Of a stretch of 64,000 nucleotides of DNA, positions 46,073 to 61,646 are shown piece after piece. The notes under the pieces are model-generated. The model was not told the DNA's origin. It worked only from the letters and a program-made list of their open reading frames with translations, and made no database searches. This DNA comes from the human T2T-CHM13v2.0 reference genome, Homo sapiens. Where the stretch lies: assembly GCF_009914755.1 (NCBI RefSeq), contig NC_060944.1, one strand, 5' to 3'. The position numbers and the translations under genes were made by a program. Position 1 is the stretch's first letter. Each line of letters starts with the position of its first letter.

Positions 46073-46117
46073 GGGCGGCGAAGAGGACCCGCAGGCTGCA
46101 AGGAGCAACAGCGATGG
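46073..46117 (+). CDS. GNAS: GNAS exon 3 (45 nt cassette; long vs short Gs-alpha)
   Basis: TTTAAAAG|GGGCGGCGAAGAGGACCCG ... CGATGG|GTAGGC; GGEEDPQAARSNSD. Confidence 0.96.
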
Positions 46118-46779
46118 GTAGGCACATTCAAAACCAGAAAAAATTGTTAACAAACCAAACAAACATGAAGATCATACTGGGAAACTGAGGCCAGAGACCC
46201 GGGAAGAAAATAAAAATCATTTAAAGGACCATCAGCCATATTGGCATACATTTGTGAATAACACACAATTTCCTGACATTTTGGAGCAAGTAAAGTGCGT
46301 AACATAAATTTTTTTGGCCATGCTTAAAGTAGAATGAGATCCAGCTGGGGGAAAGTTATAGATTTCAGCCTTGGATGATCAGTTTAGGATTTTGAGAATT
46401 GATGTTTTTCCATATGGTTTCTGTTTTCCCCCAGCTCTCCATTTGAACCAGCTGCTTGTTTTAAAACTATCTACTAAATTCCATCTACCCACTGGTTGGT
46501 CTGATTTTAAAATTTCAGACCTCTTTGAAACAAAATTTGTTTCCTTTATTAAAATATGCAATGCTGCACCGTCTTTAATTTTGAAAAACGCCTTGGTACC
46601 TTGCAGCAGGTCGTTAAGAATCATCTCGAAAAGCCTCTGGCCTTTTAAAAATGATCAAATTTATTTGAATCAAAGGCACTTTACGTTAGCTTGGTGGATA
46701 AGGAAATTCATGATGGCATCTTTTATTTTTCCATTCATTATCAAATTATTTTTTCTTTGCTTCCTGCATCCCCACACCC

Positions 46780-46882
46780 ATCACACACACACACACGCAC
46801 ACACATGCACATGCATACACAGACACGCACACACATCACACGCACACACAGCCACACGCGCCGCGCACACACACACGCATGC
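46780..46882. repeat. Imperfect (CA)n/(CG)n alternating purine-pyrimidine tract
   Basis: CACACACACACACGCACACACATGCACATGC... Confidence 0.85.
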
Positions 46883-47080
46883 CAGGTAACCACTCTAGCT
46901 CTGCTGTGTATTTAGCATGCAGTGGTGGAGTGGCTATTTCTCATGAGACCATCCAGAACCATTGACTTAGTTTAGGGCATCTCAAAGAAACAGCTTCTGT
47001 GGCCGGGGAGGGGAGGGGCAAAGATATTGGGGTCTGGGGACAAAGTAACTGACACATGTTTGTTCATCTGTTTCTTTTAG

Positions 47081-47545
47081 AATATAATATCCCTAGATGA
47101 TGGCTACAGTTTCTCATCTTCCCGGCTATGTCCTATCACAATTTGCATGCTGGAATTGCTCGGTCTTAGGAACTTCTAATAAGAATACTATTCTGTTATC
47201 TGAGGGGGGAGGGGGGATGGGGCCCCTGCTACCTGACCTTAAACGATGATTGAAAAAACGAAAAATGGACTGAAATCCTTAATTGGCAGAAATGTAGTAT
47301 GACAACTATCCAAAAAGGCATCTCTATAAGAAATGACTAATTGACAATCTGCTGTACCAAAAGTTGGCATTTGAGCAAGATATGACAAGTCCTTAGTGAG
47401 CAACCTACTGTGTACTAGATGTCCTGCTAAACCCTTGAACCCTACTAATACCTTGGCCTGCACGTCTCTCTCACTCTGTTCTGCAAGTCAATATAAGTAT
47501 TAACATTCGTGATAAATAAAAATTCTCTGCATGTTTCAGCAATCC
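47081..47545 (+). other. GNAS: Probable neural alternative terminal exon N1 (GsalphaN1/XLN1): exon 3 + N1 ends ...SDGI*
   Basis: Branch-like TAACTGAC ~47046-47053, TTTCTTTTAG|A ATA TAA (stop 47085-47087), AATAAA 47515-47520 followed by a U/GU-rich tract. N1 is known to lie in intron 3. 3' end approximate. Confidence 0.65.
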
Positions 47546-49826
47546 CTGTATCTCGCGTCTGTCTTCTGTCTTCCTTCCTTTGTCTGTCTTTTCCCACCAA
47601 AGCACAAGGATTAAGGTGGAGACCTGAATAGCTTCCCCCACCACTTAGTTAGCTGAAGCGGGGGGAGGGGAGGAGCTCTTAAAAACTGAACGCATCCCAT
47701 CTGCTGTATACATAGAAGGGGGAGGAGGAGGAACCAAGACCCTAAAAGTACTTCCAGCCTTAGTCCCAATTTTGTAGCGAATCAGAATTCTAGCTAATGG
47801 CATATGTTTTGCCTTTGTTGAGTAGTTTAAAGACATCTAAGGAATTTTCTCTGAATTTCACAATCAACGTTAAATTCATTAAGCAATAGTAAAAGTGATG
47901 ATAAACCCGCCAACCCCCAGTATAATATCTCCATCTACATAGTAATTGCTTCAATGGAAGAATTTTATGTTTTAGTATTACACACCCGAATTAGATTTTA
48001 GATTTCTATTTTAGCTGTTTTATACTTGATATACTCCCACACCTATTCACATACGTAGATGAATACTGAACACGTTCTCAAAATATCCGTATTTTAAGAC
48101 GGGAAGTTTTCCAATTATCATACTACTGCTTAGACCAAAATATCAAACTGAATGAAAGAAACTTGTTTCTGGAAATACTTTCTCTTGCTGTATGCAGATT
48201 TGGATATTTAGTACCCGAATGTATTTAATTTTACTATTGTGGAACCTCAAAACCAAAGGTTAATAGCTTTCATTACCTGTGAAGTGGAGCCTGCTTTTAA
48301 TGAATGGGAATAGATTTGCCCTAGGGGGTTTTGGGTAAATTCTGAATTCAAAAGTGAACATTGGGGACCATCAAACACATGTCCTTTTAATTTATAACAT
48401 CTAAATAATCGATGTTAGACTGTAATACCAAGGCCGGGGATTCTTAATTTCAGAAATGAGCTTTGATTCTGCACATACAAAGCAGACAGTCGCACAGAGC
48501 GGTCAGGACTCACTCCCTTTCACTCTAAGGTGGTTGCTTTAAGAGTCTGGGGGCCAGAATCAGATTTCAGATTTGTACACAAGGCCTGAAGCTCGCTCAC
48601 CTCCCTGTCATCTGTGTTTCTGAGATTCTCCGGACCTGCAGCACTTTTACTTAAATGGCCCTGAGGGGATTCCTGGCAACATCTGTCCCCCCTCCCCACC
48701 CCAGACACCCCCCACCACTAATGAGCGTGGCCCCTCTGAACTTCCCCAGCTCTTCACCCAATGTAGAAGAGCAGTGGTGCAGTGACCTGTGAAAGGGGCT
48801 TCACGTAGGAAGGGGGCGAGATGGGATCCTTCAGCAGGTGAAGGCCCAGAAGTACACAGACATTTATTCAGAAAGAATAAATTTGCAAGTATAATTCTTT
48901 GAGAAAGGAAAGACCAAATGATTTGTGGAAGGCCTGTCGACAGGCCCGCACTTGACCCCACCGTCCATCCCCGCCCCCCACCCCTGCTGCTCCACTGACT
49001 GCCCTGCCCTGCTCGTCTGCTCGTCTGCTCTTGCTAATTAACCTCCCTTCGCCTTTCCTCTGCCTTAACTGTCGTGTTCTAGTCTGGAGAGATTATATGT
49101 TTTAATTTCTACTCCAGTCTATGAATTGGTGAATCAGCCAAGTGAATGCTTCAAAAACTGGGACTCCCAAAAGATTAAAATATATATATATACAAACCGT
49201 GAAAAAGATAAACTCTGTCCCCTCCATCTCCCATTGGTTTCTGCCTCGGTGACTCCCCCCTCTTGGCCTCAGTTTCCCTGTCAGAGGGGCAGGACCGTAG
49301 CACCTTTTTTCCGCATGACAACGCCCTCACCTCCCAGGGCCTAACAGGTACAGCAGGTGTGCTGTGTGTGCTGGTTCCATTTTTGGGCTATAGACCTGAT
49401 GAGATACATACTCCACACAAGAGGCCTTTTCTTGCCCTCTAAAAACATAAACTCGAGAACCTTCCCTGGCTGTGCTTCTAATGAAGGCTAGTTTCTGAAA
49501 AACATACAGCATTTGGATCAGTGTAATGTGGTACAAAAATTAACATTCTGTTATGGTCCCCAGAAGCCAAAGGGTGTGTCCTTTACCTGTGGGACCAGTG
49601 ACCCTGAATATAGATCATTCCATAAAGACCACGCAGGCCATCCCATGTGGCTGAGTTAAACTCAAGGAAAAGCTACAAAACCTTCAACCTCTACTTACCA
49701 GAGGGATCTGACCTCCCCTCCCCCTTAGATTATAAGGCCTTCTAGGGGGTGGAATCTTATTTGATTCCTATTGCACATGGACCAACATGCACTAACATCA
49801 TGAACTAGAAGTTTCATTGCTGCTAG

Positions 49827-50180
<354 letters not shown>

Positions 50181-50657
50181 TAAACACCACCACCTGTGCT
50201 CACTGGTTCTCTCAGTATGCTAGCAACTGAGTTAATTCCAAGTCAAACCATGGGACTGTTTTGTTCCACCCCAACCTCATAGTGACCTATCACTCCAGCC
50301 TCACCCCTACCCAGATGTTGATAGGACCAGGAGAAGCCTTTAGGAAGTGTTAGTATGTAGTGTGGGGGCTTCAAACCCATGAAAGATTAAATGAGCTGCA
50401 TGCAACTTCTGGTACAGTCATGATTGCTAAGGCAATTTGCTAATCTGCCCCGATTGGGCGTGTCCTCAGGGCACATTTGGGAGGTTATAATTTGCAACTA
50501 TGTTTATTCAGCTACCTCCTATCTTTGCACAGATCCGAACCCACAACTCCCTGAAGAACAGAATACTATGCTTTTTAGTCGGGATGTCTTTATGAAAGCA
50601 GTACTCCTAACTGACATGGTGCAATATGATTTTCTTTTCTTTTCAATCCCACTGCAG

Positions 50658-50712
50658 TGAGAAGGCAACCAAAGTGCAGGACATCAAAAACAACCTGAAA
50701 GAGGCGATTGAA
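50658..50712 (+). CDS. GNAS: GNAS exon 4 (55 nt; alternative start at 50655 via TG acceptor adds Ser)
   Basis: CCCACTG|CAG|TGAGAAGGCAACC ... ATTGAA|GTACGT; EKATKVQDIKNNLKEAIE. Confidence 0.97.
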
Positions 50713-50747
50713 GTACGTGCTGGCTCCTTGTGCTGTCTGTCTTGTAG

Positions 50748-50960
<213 letters not shown>

Positions 50961-52464
50961 TGAGCACAGTGTCCATATAGGAACATGAGTGACAGCCCTG
51001 CACATGGGCAGGAGCATCCAAACCACACTTCAGGCAAAACTACATTTCAGTGATGTCCATCCTTAGGAAAAAGTTAATTTCATGTGTAACCTTAATTTAA
51101 TAATAATAATCATTAGGGCTTTGTTCAAGATGGATGAGCAAAATTCTGTCACCCCTTCTACATCTTAGCTCACCTGTCCTCACAAATAAACATCACTCTT
51201 GAATACTACAATCTCACTTTATTAGATTGTAAATTTTTATGAGGAAAAAGGTCCTGAGCTATGGCAGGCTTAATTATTCCCTCATTCACATCTTAGGACA
51301 AAACTGTATGTTAAATATGGCACACAAATACTAATTGTCCATTTACTCCACTGGAAGTGCCCTAAGGTACCTTGGGATGCCTCAGTGAAGTGCCAAATGG
51401 AAGACATTCTCATTTTAAACAGGTGACCTTTTTATTAAGAGTTTTCTAAAGTCCTTGGGGCAAATGAAATCTTTTCTCATTATTAAAAAAAATGAAATAT
51501 ATCTAAATTATAACTCAAAAATCATAAAATAGAACATATGGAAAAGACTTTCCTCTGGATGCACGACACTGTTGGCTCCCTAAAGAACTACTTTTAGGGA
51601 ACAAAAAACTGTTCAAGCCCAAGCATATAAGTTTAGGCCCCTTCGTGGGGAGAATGGCTTATAAGCGGGGAACGGGAAACGAGATGGAAAGATGTATGCG
51701 TTTGTAAGACCCACAGGGAAGAGACTTGTCTACAGCTAAAACAATGAGTTATTGTTGCCTTTTGTCAGGCTTTCGTGGGAATTTGTGTTTGTATATTTTA
51801 GATGGACTTGGCTGCAAACTTAAATTGGAGAAATTTAGTGGTATATAGTTAGTATGGATAGCTAAACTTTTTAAATAGCATTATTTTGAAAAAAAAGCAA
51901 TAAACACAATATGTATAATATAACCCACTGACTTTCTTGAAATATGATTCTATATTTAATAGGAAAAGGAAACAGCAGCCTATTAAAAATGTATCAGAAC
52001 AATAACTTTTTATTAGTCCTACTAACATCTGAACTTTTATGTTCCTACCTACAAGTCCCCCATCATCATTTTTTTTGGTAAGATTCACATTTTCCCAGGA
52101 GGAAAATTTAGTCCCAGCACATCTTACAAATGAAGTTTCTTATTTTCACAACATTGAACCATTTATTGGCATATTCTAACACATTTAGTGTATATTCTTC
52201 CTAAACAATTCTGTGAAGAAACTAAATTACTCAGTAGCTTACCCCATTCCCCCTACACACGAGAAAAGAAACTACCCAAAACCAGTAATTCACAATAAGA
52301 CCCAGCAGCTAATTGCGTGAACTTTTGAATATGTTTAACGTGTTGAATTAAAGTTCTTTGTGAGCATTAATTCATTAATTGGGCTCAAAATTCAAAATCA
52401 CACCAAGTGTCGGTCACATAGGGAACTCTGGTCTCAGGGTTTGAATGACAGTGTTGTTGATTAG

Positions 52465-52607
<143 letters not shown>

Positions 52608-53566
52608 GTAAGTAACCGCCACCCAACCCATCAGCACATAAAACAGACAAAAACAAGAAAACATGAAAACCTGTGATCCTGCTTTGAAAGTTACTTGTTG
52701 ATGATTCCTTTCTTAGAAGCCAACCAGTTACCCCACTGGCAGAAAGTTCTAATCTGATTCAATTGTTTATTTATAAAGTCCTTAATTGCATTTTTTTTCT
52801 TTTAGTGCAGCGACATTATTTTACATAAACATTTAAAGCCTGTTAGAGCAAAATGATGATGAGTTTCATAGTATTCCTAATTAGTAGGAAGTAATTAATT
52901 GAATTGACCCTAAGCATTTAGGGAAATAGGGCTGTGCTCACATTTTGAATAATGTAAAAATACTATATTTTATTGCTGTAATTTTAAAACATAACAAAGA
53001 GGAATGGTGAAGACATAGCTACGCCTCCTCTCTCCTTGGTAGTTGTTGATTGATCTATTTCTGCTCTCAGGTAAGCGACTCTAGTAGCTGCCTAGTGTTA
53101 CTAGATCCTAGTGACTCTAGGTAGAGTTTGTTTTTGTGTTGTCTTGACTTTTGAACTCTATTTCATATCCTTATTTATTCCTTCTCACCGGGTCTTGATT
53201 CAAGGATGGTAAGTGGTCAATGGATTTTAAATCCTAAACTGTACACCTAAGCAGTACAATACCGTGGTGGGGTTATTTTCAAATAAAACAAATTACTACC
53301 TGCGAGGAGGACAGGTTAAGGCCTGCAGTAGCAATGGGAAAAGCATCTTTCTCCAAAGTCACTCATAAAGGTGGGCTCACCTGGTTGGTGTGTTGGCAAA
53401 TGAAGAAGGGGGAACTTAAAACACAGACTTTATTGCACAACTCTACCTGATGCCCAGGCTGCTTCCCTTGCTGCCTAACACCTGACTTACCATTGCCTCA
53501 GGGATCGCCCTCTGTCCCTGTCACCCACCATGGTCTCTCCCAGAGGACATCGTACCCGATAGCTAG

Positions 53567-53956
<390 letters not shown>

Positions 53957-56288
53957 AAAAATGTAAAGATATCTTCTGTTTGTTGATGCTGCAGAAATGC
54001 ACAAAGCAGTCTCAGTTAATGATATTCTGAAGTAGGAGTGTCCTGTGACTTGGGGCAGGGGAGTCTAGTAGAGGTTTGATGTTTTAGCCATCCTTATTAC
54101 AAGTAGCTGAAACTCGGAACTGATTTTGCTATAGGAAGTATTAGCTAATCAGAACCAAGGTGCCAGGCTGACTCACCAAGGGCTAAGATTGCTTTACTTA
54201 GTAGCCTCAAGCCCAAGGAACTGATTGTGAAAACCACCTGAATAAACAGGAGGGAGGAAGAGGTAATACTGTTCATCTATAAATCATATAAGCCTCTGTT
54301 AGGGTCTGCGCAATCTATCAACCCCAGCCCTGCCTTCCCATAGGAAATTCCTTTATTTTCAATTGCCACATACATAGATATTCCACGGTTTAATATACAA
54401 GCAAATGTGTATATTTTTTCAAGGAACAGAAAAAAACAGTCCATCTTGGCTGGTCCCTATGGCCCCCAGCCCCCACTCCTTCTTCAACAAAGTCCCTGAT
54501 TTTCTCAAAAGTTCGAACCAAAAGCTGGAAGCGCTAATTATAGTAACGCAAAACAAATGGAAATCCTGGAATTGTTTGCATTTTGTATTTTGGATCCAAG
54601 TCAGAAGTTAAGTACAGGTACAAGATTAAGAGAGTTTAACCACCCCAGTTTTGAATGCTGGGGGGGCAGGGAGACCCAGTTTCGTTAATTAACAGTAGCT
54701 TAGCCAGATTGTTGAATTTTGTCGGGTTTCGTTTTCTCTCTCAAATCATTTAGAAGTTTTTGGGGTTTTTTTAAGCAACACTTAATTACTCCTGAAACTT
54801 TGTCTGAAAACGCACCATTTGTATAGATCATGAAAAGTTTTAAGGAAACTCAGAGAAAAAGAGAACAACGCAGCTTAAAACTTTTAAAATGTCCTCCCTC
54901 ACCCGTGGCTCAAACAGCCCTGCATCTGCCGTGGCCGGCACGTTTCTGGTTGAACTGCCTTTATGTTAAAGTTCAGATACTGGTAGTGTGCCCATTTCTT
55001 AAGCTGTCTATTTTTATTTGTTGAGCTGGGGTTTGGCTGGCTCCACTCCAGATGTCTCTCTCACAAGATTTGGTGCTGATGATCTATTTATAGAACTGTG
55101 GTTCTGTTGCCATGGTAACATGCTGGAGGCCAGGGCGGCTGGGGAGCTATTTCTGGACTGGTGCTGTAATGTAAGATTGATTGGGCAAGTTAGTATATCC
55201 TCTAAGCCAGACTAACTCTGAACTAGTAAAAAGGAAGAGGGGAACAGAAAACTTAGGCAGTTTCTTTAAATAAACTTTTCTCTCTTTATGATTTTCTTTT
55301 CTCGTTAGCCCGCTTTAAAACAATTCCAATCTCTACATGCCCCTCCCTCCAAAAAATAACTGGTTTTAACATTAATTTTCCATATTAATTACCCCAATCT
55401 TTCAAAAGTAAATTTTCCTGTGTGTCTAGTCAAGCAACACAAACAAGATGCTTTTTTTAATGAAAAGCGTAATATCTGGAGTGTTCTATTTCATGGACCA
55501 AACAGAACGGAAGAGAACTTTGTGTTTGTTTCCTGTTCAGGATGGCTAGGGCGAGAAGGGCCCCTTTGTGCCAACCTCTTTTGTTCTCTTTAATCAATGA
55601 GATTCTTAAAAAGTAAAAAGGAAGGGATACAGATTCTCAGTAACTAAAACAATCTCGTGTGCCCTTGAGGGGAAAGTCCTTGATGTTTTTAAGAATGTCA
55701 CTTTATTGTTTTTTAACTGAATGATATAGAGGTATACAATTTTCAAACTGTTTGCCATTTTAATCAAGCAATTTGAAAATTAAAATGTTTTTGTCAGGCA
55801 TTACCAAATGGCACAGAATGTGATAGGCCAGCCTGGTTTTGGGGTCCTTTCTCTACTGGTTGATATGCATAAAACCTTCTAAAAATCAAGAATATTGCCA
55901 GAGAGCAACAGGAATAAAGAAGCTAAGTAAAGAATAAAAAAGAAAAATAGAAAAAATAAAAATAAACACGAAGAACAAAGCCCCACCACCGTGCTGTGCT
56001 GTTTGTGTGGCCCCACTGCGTCGAGGCCACAGGCTAGCTGCTAGACGCATCTAGAGTTCCCTGATTCCTAAAATTATTTATCTTAAATCCTGTTTGCCCT
56101 AACCTTCTTAAGGCATCAGCTTTGAGTTACAAATGTAACCAACACACAAGCAAATGTGCCATTGACTTAGTGCTGCATAACTGTGGGACGGTCACTTCCG
56201 TTGAGCCTGACCTTGTAGAGAGACACAAATAGTTGGCAAATTGATGTGAGCGCTGTGAACACCCCACGTGTCTTTCTTTTTCTCCCAG

Positions 56289-56343
56289 CTTCCTGGACAA
56301 GATCGACGTGATCAAGCAGGCTGACTATGTGCCGAGCGATCAG
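56289..56343 (+). CDS. GNAS: GNAS exon 7 (55 nt)
   Basis: CTCCCAG|CTTCCTGGAC ... GATCAG|GTGTGC; FLDKIDVIKQADYVPSDQ. Confidence 0.98.
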
Positions 56344-56449
56344 GTGTGCAAAACCCCTCCCCACCAGAGGACTCTGAGCCCTCTTTCCAAACTACTCCAG
56401 ACCTTTGCTTTAGATTGGCAATTATTACTGTTTCGGTTGGCTTTGGTGA

Positions 56450-56551
<102 letters not shown>

Positions 56552-56624
56552 TAAGCCAACTGTTACCTTTTTATATAACAGAGATCATGGTTTCTTGACA
56601 TTCACCCCAGTCCCTCTGGAATAA

Positions 56625-57345
<721 letters not shown>

Positions 57346-57438
57346 TAATTCTCATATGGAAAAATCAGGGTTTTGAAGACTTCAGGAGCTACAGAGATGC
57401 TAGCACCCCAGCTCTGCTTGAATTTTAAATTACATTAA

Positions 57439-57546
<108 letters not shown>

Positions 57547-57722
57547 TAGTTTCCTCTCTTGTTCCTCCTCTTTTTCTCATGGATGTAAATTTACTTAATT
57601 CCAAATTCAGGGGTTCAGCTACCCAGTTCCATGGTTTTAGTTCACGCACATCCAGTGTGGATTTGAGCTCTTTGCGCCCCTCTTTTTGCTTTTGTTTTCA
57701 TATGACATCAGAGGCTGGCTGA

Positions 57723-57956
<234 letters not shown>

Positions 57957-58202
57957 GAAGGGAACCCCCAAATTTAATTAAAGCCTTAAGCACAATTAAT
58001 TAAAAGTGAAACGTAATTGTACAAGCAGTTAATCACCCACCATAGGGCATGATTAACAAAGCAACCTTTCCCTTCCCCCGAGTGATTTTGCGAAACCCCC
58101 TTTTCCCTTCAGCTTGCTTAGATGTTCCAAATTTAGAAAGCTTAAGGCGGCCTACAGAAAAAGGAAAAAAGGCCACAAAAGTTCCCTCTCACTTTCAGTA
58201 AA

Positions 58203-58306
58203 AATAAATAAAACAGCAGCAGCAAACAAATAAAATGAAATAAAAGAAACAAATGAAATAAATATTGTGTTGTGCAGCATTAAAAAAAATCAAAATAAAA
58301 ATTAAA
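58203..58306 (+). terminator. GNAS: Cluster of polyadenylation signals ending the GNAS 3'UTR
   Basis: AATAAA at 58203, 58207, 58229, 58239, 58257 and 58294; ATTAAA at 58279 and 58301; GU-rich sequence at ~58335-58350. Confidence 0.85.
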
Positions 58307-58699
58307 TGTGAGCAAAGAATGATGGGACTCCCGTGAGTTATTTGTGGTTCTGAGCAAATTCCCGTCATTCATGGTTTTGACTTGGTCCTTAGGTCAAAAG
58401 TTGGGAGGCCCCAAGGTGAAGTGGGTATAAAATCTCACCACTGTATGTTTTCTGGTGACCCTAATCTGTAGGTGTCTTGAAACAATTTGCAGACAATAGG
58501 AAAAGTCCACTCCTGTTCCTCCTAAATTTCACCCCATAGTGAACCACTATGCCCCAGTCAGTCACCTCTGCATTTTGATCATTGCCATCCTATCCAAAGA
58601 TTCTACCAACAACTCACACCGTTACGTCATCACACAGTTTGCCTGCTGACCCAGGCTTCCCAAGAAAAGTAGTGTATGTTTTGCTATAAGATAAGATAG

Positions 58700-59200
58700 G
58701 GACTAAATTATGTGGAGGAGAAATAGAGGAGCACAGTGTTTCCAATCAATGGGGTTATTCAAGAAATGGTGTAGCCATTTGGGGAAAATTGAGGCTGGAT
58801 CCCTACCTCATTGCACACACCAAAATGAATTTGACATAAGTTGATCACATACATCTAAATAAAAGAGGTACTTTTTAAAGTGGCTATTTTATAATTAAAA
58901 CCTTGGGTTTTTAAAGGGCCTCTCTGCAGCATAACCTAAGACCTAAAGGCCATAACGGGGTTGGGGATGACTATAAAAACGAAAATCACACGTAAAATTT
59001 GAATGGGGGAAGGGCCTGGGTCAGGTAGAAATTTAACAAAGGGTTTACTTCCCTAATAAGCAAAGAGTTCTTATGAATTAATAAGCAAAACCATCAGAAA
59101 AATGGGCACAGTATATAAGCATGCAACTTAAATACAAATAATAAGCCTCTGGGGATATGTGGGACATCACTCATAAATATTCACCATAATTGGGAGTGGG
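58700..59200 (+). mobile_element. Ancient L1 (L1M-type) fragment
   Basis: AAATGGTG...CCATTTGGGGAAAA...GGATCCCTACCTCA...CACCAAAAT and AAAAATGGGCA resemble degenerate L1 ORF2 3' sequence. Confidence 0.5.
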
Positions 59201-60697
59201 GATGGGGGTCCACACTCACGGGTTGAAGTGTGGCTTATTTCTGAGGTCCTGTGGGTTCCCTAGACTTTCACCCCTACGCTTATCCCCCAAGGTGTAGTCT
59301 CATATGTGGTCACTTCCTGGGTGGCTTCCAGGAAGGGTGGGAGGAAGTGATCAGCATCAACGATGGTGCCCTCTGAAGCTGGCCAAATGGGACTTCAAGT
59401 TCATTCTGTAATCCAGGTCCCAAATCCACTTCCTATTCTAGTTTCCAGATCAAATTACTCTCACCCAAATTAATCATATAGTGTAGCTCACCAGAGGTGA
59501 GCGATGAGCCCCACGGGGGGGCAGAAAAGTAGCAAATACCTGCATCTCCATCCAACTTTCACGTAACATTCAGTCCACATGTTCTTGCTATGCAATTTTT
59601 AGTACAAAGCCCTCAAAAGCCCCCCAAATATAAAATCCAAGTAAAAATCGGGGCTTGCTATGCAAATACAGCTGAAAGACTAGCCCACAAGTTCCCATAA
59701 TCCTCCAAAGCACCCCAAATAAACACACATAAAACCTGGACAGTGGCTATCAAGTGCAACCACAAGACCAGCGTGCCACACAAACATTCATCCAGGTAAA
59801 GGCTGTGCTCAGTGAAAATCAAGGTTGAACTCCAGCCCCTAGCTCCTCTTCCAAGATGGCTCCCTGTATGTCCCTTTTACATAGAAATTCTGGAACCTTC
59901 TTAGCATAATCCACATGAGATTGTCACAGCTCTAGCCACATATCCATCAAAATTAGAAAACACAAAATTCCCAGGCCAGAGATGCCAAGGAAAATGATAC
60001 CACAGAACCCCACCTTGTTGGTCATAACTGACAGAGACTTCATGGTATCTTCTAGAAGAAGGGTCACAAAAGTCACAGTTATCAGGTATCTACTAGTGCT
60101 AGCCATTACCCAATGGGATAGGTTCAGCTGCTATTTTGACAATGAGTAAAAGAGGCCCAGAGAGACCCCAAGAGACGTCTCCAGTGAGCAGGGAAGATGC
60201 GCTTCAAACTCAAGTAGCCAAAGGCCACTGCTTGGTCCCTACAAGATACTGTTGTCCTGGAAGATGCAGGAGAAAAGAGAAAAAGGTCTCCTGGTGTTCT
60301 TCCCATTATGTCAGTTATCAGGAGTCCATGACCTGTGACCCCCATCGAAAATCCTGCAGGTCACCATGGGATTCCACAGCCAGGTGGGTGAGTGGGGCCT
60401 CTTCCCACAGACCGTGGCACTGGCCATACTCCTGCCTCCCTACCAGGTCAGGGCTTTGTCCCCACCAGTCACCCCGTTGCGTTTGAGACTTGCTTCCCTA
60501 TGTTAGGCTTCATTGCTGCTATTTAAAACATTTTTGTTTCCCTTTTCCCTCTGACCCTGGTGCCAAGCAAAACTTCTACAGAGCTATTTTCAAATCTAAA
60601 TTTTAGGATATTCAAAAAACAAAAAATTATAAAGACTTTCATTTAAATCTTTGATTACAAGAAGCCATTTTAAAAAAAAAGATTTTTTTAATCTGAA

Positions 60698-61018
<321 letters not shown>

Positions 61019-61646
61019 CTATTTTTCTAAAGGTAGCGATTTGCACCACACTTTGTAGAGATGTGTAAACCAAATATTATAAATGACTATTCATTGACCT
61101 TTTGGATTGAACATGATAATAATAAACCATTAGGGCCCTTCACAGTATGAGAAGGGTCTAGAATTGGACAGAATTTTTATTTACCTCCACTTTTACTTAA
61201 ATGTGCACAAAATTATGCCTCCCAAAATGGCCACATCTGCATAGCCCTTCTATGTAGACCATGGCATCCTCTTATTATAGTACTTTCTTGGATGGCTTTG
61301 GTCATCTTTTCACTCAATAAATACATAGAGACTATGGGATCCATGCCAGCCAGTGGGAATCCTGATCTCATGGGGTTCATGTTCTAGCGAGAGAGACACA
61401 CACTTACTAAATAAATAATAAAAAGAATTACAGATGGTGACAAAATCTCTGAAGCAATAAGCAGGATGCAGGCAGTGGGGAATGGGAGATATTTGAGGAG
61501 GGATTTCACTTTAGATGGAACAGCTAGGGAGGGCCTCTCTGATGTAGTACATTTTCTTCTGAGAATGTGAAGGATGAGAAGCAGCCAGCCATCAAGTACT
61601 AATAGCTAACATCATTATTTAAAATTGTTATTAAAACATAATTAAT

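Noticed and set aside
49063-49082. U12-type branch point CCTTAAC
   Set aside because: I saw no matching U12 donor (RTATCCTT) in intron 3, so a U2-type reading or chance is more likely
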